Positions 55,047-64,000 of a stretch of DNA of 64,000 nucleotides are shown piece by piece. The notes under the pieces were generated by a model. The model was not told the origin of the DNA and did no database searches. It saw nothing but the letters and a program-made list of their open reading frames with translations. The stretch lies in NCBI GenBank assembly GCA_964016885.1, contig CAXHJY010000706.1, positions 1 to 64,000 on the forward strand. The letters are read 5' to 3'. Every line of letters begins with the position of its first letter. The first letter of the stretch is position 1. The position numbers were made by a program, and so were the translations under genes. This stretch comes from Eledone cirrhosa. Lineage: Eukaryota.

Positions 55047-55203
55047 TAATTGTTTCTACTTTTGGCACAAGGCCAGCAATTACTCAGTGTATTACTCGTA
55101 CTTTATTTTATCGACCCCATAAGGATGAAAGGCAAAGTTAACCTCGGCGGGATTTGAACTCAGAATGGCAAGGGCCGTAACTCTATGCGTCAAAGCATGG
55201 CGT
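55047..55203 (-). mobile_element. SINE family A (5'-truncated)
   Basis: Reverse complement of the consensus. Confidence 0.9.
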
Positions 55204-55307
55204 AAGATTAAACCAAATTGTTTAGAACTACAAGGGAAGTCATTCTTTTCCTTTTTTCAAATATACCTAAGTGTACCAAGGATTTCACACATTTTCCAAT
55301 ATATATA

Positions 55308-55420
<113 letters not shown>

Positions 55421-55934
55421 TATGTACAGATTAGATTGGATATCTGTTTCCAGCTAAGGAAACAAGGGCGGATGTACCTTAACGGAATCGAATAATTAAA
55501 ACGGCAATTATAATTCGAAGGTTGAAGGTTTCGTATGTCGTATGATGGGTGTATGCTGTCTTCTCTGTCACTCTACCAGTTTGTGATATATCTTTACCCA
55601 ATACACACATTATGTAAATATGAATGTGCGTGTGAGAGTGTGTGTGCATGCTTAAAAATGTCTGCCAACTCTTCGCCAACACCAGCCAACTTCATGAGTA
55701 TTTTCATAATCGCCATTTTGTTTCGCGTTCGTTTATGCATTTATCTCCTGTCCCCTCTATCACACTCTCTCTCTATCTGTCTATCTGTCTTCTCCTTCTT
55801 CTCTCTCTCTCTCTATCTACTGTCTTATCCCCCTTCTGTCCCTCTATTTTCTCCTTCTATATTTTCCCTCTCTCTCTATATATCTGTCTTCTCTCCTTCT
55901 CTCCCTCTATCTTCTCCCTCTATCTTCTCCCTCT

Positions 55935-55991
<57 letters not shown>

Positions 55992-56041
55992 CTCTCTATC
56001 TATCTCTCTATCAGTCTTCTCTCCCTTTTCTCCCTCTATAT

Positions 56042-56153
<112 letters not shown>

Positions 56154-57091
56154 TTACTCTCTATCTCTCTCGGTAATATTCACCGATCAGGAAACGGTGT
56201 ATTAAAATAACAACAGCGGTAAAATCACATGATAAACAATAGCATGTAAACTTATACTTCTGCTGTAAATTGAGTGTGTAGAAGCTGACTATCACACGAC
56301 AACTATTTGGTGGCAATATGACATACGGGCAGCAGTAAAATGTATTCGTCAAAAGTCAGGAAAGCCTAGATCATTCCCTCCGGAGGTGAGGATAACGACG
56401 AAACGACCTCATTCCCTTCTTCTTCTTCTTCTTCTTCTTTTTTCGTCTTCTTCTTCTTCTTCTTCTTTTCTTGTTCTATCTTCTTCTTCTTCTTCTTCTT
56501 CTTTTTCTTTTTCTTTTTCTTTTTCCACTTCCTCTTCTTCTTTTTCTTCCTCTTCTTCTTGATTTTCGTCTTCTTCTTCTTCTTCTGTCTCTTCTTCTTC
56601 TTCTTCTTCCTTCTTCTTCTTCCATCTTTTTCTTCTTCATCTCTCCCCCCTCCTCCTCCTCCTCCCGCCTGTCCCCCTCCTCCTCATCTTACCTATCCCT
56701 CATTCAATTCCTCCTCCTCCATCAACACCACATGCCTTGCCAAAGAAACTAAACTATAAAGGTGTCAAGTAATCACAGACCAATTAATTTTTGGTTGTCG
56801 GATGGAGTCGGTTGTTATGTGAAAACAGAGACATTCGTTTGATTCGGAAAAAAAACTGGATATGAGACGTCTAAGGGAAAAGACCCTGGTCGGAAGTAAG
56901 AATAAAGATGTCATCATTTCAGTTGACTGTAATAGCGTTAAAAGAGCCAATGTTGCCGGTGGGACGCTAGATGTTTATAATAAACGCAGAAATATAGCTA
57001 TTATCCTGTTTGGGTTTTTTTAACTACGCCATATTGTTTTTTTACAGAGATACAGAATCCATTAATATTATGTTGTTATTAAACGATGCAA

Positions 57092-57275
57092 AAGGGCGGT
57101 GGTTTGGCAGTATCGGTAGAGGGTCGGACGCCGTGCTTTGCAGCATAGAGTTACGGCCCTTTGTGATCTGAATGCAAATCGCGCTGAGGTTAACTTTTCC
57201 TTTCATCCTCACGGGGTCGATAAAATAAAGTACCAGTCACGCAAAATTGCTGGCCTTGTGCCTATATAAGAAACC
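57092..57275 (+). mobile_element. SINE family A, full length, with 17-bp TSD
   Basis: GTTATTAAACGATGCAA at 57075-57091 and 57276-57292. Confidence 0.92.
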
Positions 57276-57866
57276 GTTATTAAACGATGCAATAATTATA
57301 ATTAACGATGTGTCCAATACATGAAGAGTTGTAATGGTCGAGAGATGAGACTCTGGGTTCGTATCACTGTCGCTGACGCCTCCTGTCTCAACTCTATACA
57401 ACTCACTAAACACACTAATTACAAGACGATTGATTTGGTCATAGAATATATTTTAATGATCTGAGTTGAATTGTTTGCTAACGAAACAGCTTTGGTGTAT
57501 TAATTTGACCTGTTAAAAATAGCAGTTAAATGTCCATCAAATCACACCATACTGGGGGGAGGGTTCTTTTTTTTTAGGATACAGTGGATAATGTAGTCCT
57601 GTGGGATACGATGTTTTACATACGGGTTTTATATCAGAGTTTTCCTTCTAAAATAATGCCCTAACAAGAACTAGGGGTCTCTCACTTCCGGTGGGCTAAC
57701 CGCGCCCTCGGACACCAAACCGAGTATATCCATACATCCATCTATAGACACATACATACATCCATACATCTATACATCCTTCCATCCATCCATCCATACA
57801 TACATACATACAGTACATATATACATGCATACATACATACATACATACATACATACATACATACAT

Positions 57867-58458
57867 GGTGGCTGCCAACTCGTTTTCGAGTACGGCCACT
57901 ACTTTATATCCATGTAGGAGAACCCCTACTGATGCGCTGAACGAGTGTGACTTTTTAGTCCAGCCAGCGACTTGAAAACTCTGGCACAAAGACTACACTT
58001 GTGACAATTATTGACACATAGTGTTGGGCCCATGGTACCATGTGACGACAAGTGCAGAGAGATCTCCAGATATAAAGCAATGCCTGTGCCGTGAAGCTTT
58101 TATAGTGAGCAAAGGCACTGCACAAAGCCAGTCCCACTCTCTTAACCAAGATGATATTTACCAAAAAGAAGAACAAGTCAACATCATTGGATACCATCAG
58201 GGTTGCAGGTGTTATATCAGAGTTTTCCTTCTCCTAGAATTCTGCCTTGACAAAGGCTAAGGGGTCATCTCTCCCGGTGATTTTGGATGGCCATTGACTC
58301 TTAAGAGCTCCTTTGCCCTTTGACAGGTTTTGTTTTTAGTCCTGCAGGATGTCCAAAGTCACCCTCCTCACCAAGAAACCTTGGTGGGGTTGCCAGTTTA
58401 GTCGCCAACGACCCGACCATGAGACAGGTTGTACTGGGATACATGTTACCAGTAGCAC
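57867..58458 (-). mobile_element. Second copy of the 600-bp non-autonomous retroposon
   Basis: Reverse complement of about 27352-27943; (CATA)n on both sides. Confidence 0.8.
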
Positions 58459-58567
58459 CAACTACATACATACATACATACATACATACATACATACATA
58501 CATACATACATACATACATACATACATACATACATACATACATACATACATACATACATACATACAT

Positions 58568-59020
58568 AATGCAGAACTGATGAGAAATCTGCAGATACTC
58601 CACCCTGACTACACCTTCAGATTTATGCCTGTGATTATTGGGGCACTGGGGCATGTTAGTAACTGCCTCAATAGAAATCTTGAGAAGCTAGGCTTCATAG
58701 AAACAGAAAGAACACAACTAATTAGGAAACTACAAGTACAATCCATTAATGGAACAGTAAAAATATGTAAAATATTCCAAAAACTTTGCATCTAATAACT
58801 GCATATACACATGTACAGATACAAAGCATATACACATGCACACATACAACTCAAAACATCCACATCCACACATACAATAACATCCATATCTACACATGCA
58901 TGCATACATATCTACCTAGTTGATGTTGTGTAAATTCCAATGAGAGAGTCTTGTGTCTATGTTAGAAACCGACTCTCTCTCTATTGGTAAAACTTTGTGA
59001 AATTATAAAACCAGAAGAAC
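58568..59020 (+). mobile_element. Dong/R4-clade non-LTR retrotransposon 3' fragment
   Basis: AELMRNLQILHPDYTFRFMPVIIGALG...GTVKICK*, the C-terminus after the restriction-like endonuclease (P.IIGALG motif); 3'UTR; (CATA)n on both sides. Confidence 0.75.
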
Positions 59021-59583
59021 ATACATACATATACTTAAATATTCTCTTGCAAATGCACATATCATGTAAATGATTTGGTTAAAGCTTATTTCAAAAAATT
59101 AACTTAAGTTTCTGTTATTGTTGTTGTTGTTGTTATTGTTGTTTTAATGTTTAACATGAAAGATATTAAGAGAAAAATAATAACTGAAACATTGATTCGT
59201 GACGTTTGGTCCCTGAATCTTAACACGGAACAAAAACAAACAAACAAATGATAGAATAAAATAAGTTAAAGTAAGAAAGAAAGAAAAGTCCCCATTTAAT
59301 CATTCATTAGTTTTAAGTTTGACTTACGTATCTATTTATTGCATGCTAAAAGCATCTAGTTGGCAGTGGTTAAGTTAATCGAATTAATATACTATCGATT
59401 TAGAGCTGTTGGTGAGTTTACGTTGAAGCATCTATCTATTGATGACATTTCAAAGTCATCGTGATGACTTCACCTATCAACGGTAATAATATTTATACGT
59501 TCTCACTTTTAGTGAAATAATTATTATGGTGACATTTTCATATTTCTTGACATACACGCTCTGACTATCTCTCTCTCTCCCTA

Positions 59584-59614
<31 letters not shown>

Positions 59615-59668
59615 CTACCTACCTCCCTATATCCCTCCCTTTCTATCTTCCTCCCTATCTCTCTTTCC

Positions 59669-59705
<37 letters not shown>

Positions 59706-59944
59706 CATATATATATCGTTTTCTCTTACTTTCTCTTTCACCATCTCTCTATCTACCCCCTCTCTCTATATCTATCTATCTACCACCCCTCTCTCTCTCT
59801 CTCTCTCTCTCTTTCCTGCTCACATCATTTAATAAATACTATGCAGTCTCTAATTTGTAAACATTCTGTTAACTTTTCTAAGTTTTAAACTTAAACTCTC
59901 TATCACTCATTTTTATACCCACCTTCCCCGTATCTCAAACTCTG

Positions 59945-59976
<32 letters not shown>

Positions 59977-60307
59977 TGTGTACTAGAAATGATAAAAGGC
60001 AAAATGACCTAGGGATTTGAACTGACTGAGCAAAGAGTCGAAATAAATACTCTATACGACGTTCTAACGACTCCGCCAATTCACCGCCTTTAGTTCAGGG
60101 AAAGCTAAAAAGTAAAGTTGAGCTAGGTGGTTTTTTTAACCCAGAATGTAAGAGAATGTAACTAAATACTGAAGATCATGTTCTCCATTGCTCTTGGAAT
60201 TTAACCAAATATTGACCCCACTAGAACCAATATTGAATATTAATTTAAGCACAAGGTCAGCGAATTTGGTAAAACACCATTTATTTTATTAAAAGCTTCT
60301 TAAATCT

Positions 60308-60718
60308 CGTGGTCATTGGAGCACTTTGGCTGCCTCATGTGTCTCAAGATGTGGAATAGTGTGTTGATAGATGCAACTGACCATGGTTATTGGAACACTT
60401 TGGCTGCCTCATGTGTCACAAGACGTGGAAGGATGTATTAATAGATACAACTGACCGTGGTCATTGGAACACTTTGGCTGCCTCATGTGTCTCATGTGTC
60501 TCAAGACGTGAAATGGTGTGTTGAAACTGACCGTTGTCATTGGAACACTTTGGATGCCTCATGTGTCTCAAGATGCTGGATGCATTGATAATGCAACTGA
60601 CCGTGGTCATTGGAACACTTTGGCTGCCTCATGTGTCTCAAGATGCTGGATGCATTGATAATGCAACTGACCGTTGTCATTGGAACACTTTGGCTGCCTA
60701 ATGTGTCTCAAGATGCTG
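60308..60718. repeat. About 70-bp minisatellite, 6 copies
   Basis: Unit GTGGTCATTGGAACACTTTGGCTGCCTCATGTGTCTCAAGATG...GCAACTGACC. Confidence 0.9.
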
Positions 60719-61163
60719 TAGGTTCTAAGTTTAAGATACGAACTGATGAACCTTCGGTTTAAAATCTAGTCCTCCATCAACACAACCATCTGCTGTTCTT
60801 ATTCAGGATAATACACTATAGTTACTGTTATTGTTAATATTGCCGTTGTTGTTGATGTTGCTAATGCCATTGTTGTTGTTTCACTAGTATAATTACATTC
60901 AGTGCGGTTTTATTTTATTTATTTTATTTGTTTTATTGTCAATGTGATTACAATAATTTTTTAATCGTTTTCGTTATGTCTTTACTAATATTTTATTCTT
61001 TATTTCTTTTAGCCTAATGTTTTATTTTAATTTTTTTTTTTTCATTTTTTTTTTTTGCTGCTTCTGCTGTTGTTGCTGCTGTTGTTGCTATTGTTGTTGC
61101 TGCTGTTGTTGCTATTGTTGTTGCTATTGTTGTTGTTGTTGTTGTTGCTTCTGTTGTTGCTTC

Positions 61164-61215
<52 letters not shown>

Positions 61216-61369
61216 GGCTTTGCTTTTGTTGTTGTAAAAAGTACTGCAGCAGCTATTTTATAGTTGTGTTTTTATTTCGTTTATTGGAATTAGTATAGTT
61301 TTCTATTGTTACAAATGAAGATGCTGGTGATGATGATGATGATGATGACGATCATGAGGAGGACGATAT

Positions 61370-61428
<59 letters not shown>

Positions 61429-62354
61429 ATAGTAACAACAACAACAACAATAAATATCATCACCATCGCCATCTTGTTATATTCGCCCGCTGCGATTGCC
61501 AATACATTATTCACAGATTCAGTTTTGAAAATGAGCTAGCAGCGAGATTTTCCTCTCAAAGCCAAAGGATAGACGAGGAGGGGAGAAAATAAAAAACACA
61601 TAACTAACTAAGAATTAGTGTAAAAGAAAAAGTAATGGGGACTTGGAGACTGGGGACTGGGTGGGGGCCTTTGTGGGCTGGGGGCCCAACTGAGTGGGAA
61701 TATTGATGGAATAGGAGGTAAATGAGACTGATGGTGAAGGAGAGGAGATGAAGGAAGGGGATGGAGTACAACCAGAGTTGTGGGATGTTGTGGGGTATTG
61801 TAGGTTGTTGTGGGATGTTGTGGGTGCTGGGATAAGATCGATTGGAATTAAGTGAATGACAAAGAGAAGAAAAAAAAATGTGACCTGCAAAAATAATGAC
61901 TTCTTTTAACTCGGTAAACGGTGATATATATGGGGGGGGGGGGGCAAGAATATAAATAGAATATTGTGACAACGGTATCACCTTTAGCGTCAGTCACATA
62001 AATGAAGTATAATAACTCCAAGCAAGAATTGAAAATCTTGAGCCAGGTTCCCCAAGAATTTACCCCTAATGAAGTGAAATAACTCCAAGCAAGAATTGAA
62101 AATCTTGAACCAGGTTCCCCAAGAATTTACCCCTATCCTACAACGCTTGTTCATACACGCCAACGAAAGAGCCTTTATGGGGTGACCCGTTTTGCAAGAA
62201 GTAGCATTCATATTCCCCCTATCCTCACACAATATCTGATCAAATATGAACACGTTGATACACTGCAGTCCTGGTTATGTTATTGCAGGGAGGAAAACGC
62301 CGGATGATGGACATGCCTTGTGTACCTTGGATTATAGATCTGCTCGATCATAGC

Positions 62355-63650
62355 TGGTATGGTATGGTATGGTATGGTATGGTATGGTATGGTATGGTAT
62401 GGTATGGTATGGTATGGTATGGTATGGTATGGTATAGTGTGATATAGTATAGTATGGTATGATATGGTATAATATAGTATATTATGGAATAGTGGGGTAT
62501 GGTATGGTATAGTATGGTATGGTATAGTATGATATGGTATGGTATGATATGGTATAGTATGGTATGGTATAGTATGATATGGTATAGTATGGTATGGTAT
62601 AGTATGGTATGATATGGTATAGTATGATATGGTATGGTATGGTATAGTATGGTATGGTATAGTATGATATGGTATGGTATGATATGGTATAGTATGGTAT
62701 GATATAGTATGATATGGTATAGTATGGTATGGTATGGTATGGTATGGTATAGTGGAGTATGGTATGGTATGATATGGTATGGTATAGTGGGGTATGGTAT
62801 GGTATGATATGGTATGGTATGGTATGGTATAGTATGATATGGTATGGTATGATATGGTATAGTATGGTATGATATAGTATGATATGGTATAGTATGGTAT
62901 GGTATGGTATGATATGGTATGGTATGTGGTATGATATAGTATGATATGGTATAGTATGGTATGGTATAGTATGGTATGGTATGGTATAGTATGATATGGT
63001 ATGGTATGGTATAGTATGGTATAGTATGATATGGTATGGTATGATATGGTATAGTATGGTATGATATAGTATGATATGGTATAGTATGGTATGGTATGGT
63101 ATGGTATGGTATGGTGGAGTATGGTATGGTATGATATGGTATGGTATGATATGGTATAGTATGGTATGGTATGGTATGGTATGATATAGTGGAGTATGGT
63201 ATGGTATGATATGGTATGGTATAGTGGGGTATGGTATGGTATGATATGGTATGGTATGGTATGGTATGGTATGATATGGTATGGTATGATATGGTATAGT
63301 ATGGTATGATATAGTATGATATGGTATAGTATGGTATGGTATGGTATGGTATGGTATGGTGGAGTATGGTATGGTATGATATGGTATGGTATGATATGGT
63401 ATAGTATGGTATGATATAGTATGATATGGTATAGTATGGTATGGTATGGTATGGTATAGTGGGGTATGGTATGGTGTGATATGATATGGTATGGTATGGT
63501 ATGGTATGGTATAGTGGGGTATGGTATGGCATGGTCTAGTATGATATGGTATGGTATGGTATAGTGGGGTATGGTATGGTATGGTATAGTATGATATGGT
63601 ATAGTATAGTATGGTATAGTGGGGTATGGTATGGTATAGTATGATATGGT
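62355..63650. repeat. 1.3-kb pentanucleotide satellite (ATGGT/ATAGT/ATGAT)n
   Basis: Direct inspection; source of the YHTIP ORFs. Confidence 0.97.
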
Positions 63651-63790
63651 CCCGTAACTCCTGATAGAGTCGTAGGGGCAACGTAATGACATACGACGTT
63701 TCTCGGGCATTTTTAAGCATGGCGAAGCCCATCCCTCTCCTGGTCTGAGTACAGCAGATTTCTTCCAGAGAAGGATAGAGAGTGAGAGGA
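63651..63790 (-). mobile_element. 3' part of the long-tail SINE
   Basis: Aligns with 32705-32845 (GTAACTC...GTAGGGGC...ACAGCAGATTTCTTCCAGAGAA). Confidence 0.75.
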
Positions 63791-63930
63791 AGTGAGGAAG
63801 ATGGTGGTGATAAAGGTGATAATGATGATAATGATGTTGATGGTGATAATTATGCTGATAATGATGTTGATAGTGGTGGTGATGGTGATGATGGTGATAA
63901 TGATGATAATGATGATAATGACGATGACGA

Positions 63931-63993
<63 letters not shown>

Positions 63994-64000
63994 TGATGAT

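Noticed and set aside
60308-60718. CRISPR-like array
   Set aside because: Eukaryotic context, homologous 'spacers' and no cas genes.
61990-62345. Possible host exon or LINE RT relic (KILNQVPQEFTPILQRLF) with a short tandem duplication
   Set aside because: Resemblance to an RT N-terminal motif is too weak, and stops intervene; it would need a tBLASTx search.
62280-63732. 394-476-aa YHTIP-repeat ORFs
   Set aside because: Open in all three minus frames because of the pentamer satellite.

Overview
Eukaryotic, AT-rich, microsatellite-saturated non-coding DNA, most likely from an octopod cephalopod (inferred from the SINE and LINE families). I found no host protein-coding exon; nearly all listed ORFs are translations of simple repeats. 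The window holds about 20 copies of a tRNA-derived SINE, two other SINE families, 3'-end relics of RTE, Tx1/L1 and Dong/R4 LINEs, Tc1/mariner-pogo MITEs and several satellites. The main signal is a dense set of minimal type-I hammerhead ribozyme motifs (stem I-CUGANGA-stem II-GAAA-N4/6-UH-stem I'). Five have a complete core and stem I, and several more are degenerate. Three related copies show compensatory changes in stem I and keep a palindromic helix-III loop. They sit in short non-coding elements that mostly lie in or next to (TA)n tracts and often form fold-back palindromes, consistent with Penelope-like pLTR relics or retrozyme-like elements. Also noted: a GU-rich pre-miRNA-like hairpin near 8.0 kb and apparent microsatellite targeting or seeding by several retroposons. 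All structures were folded by eye; no database search was run.
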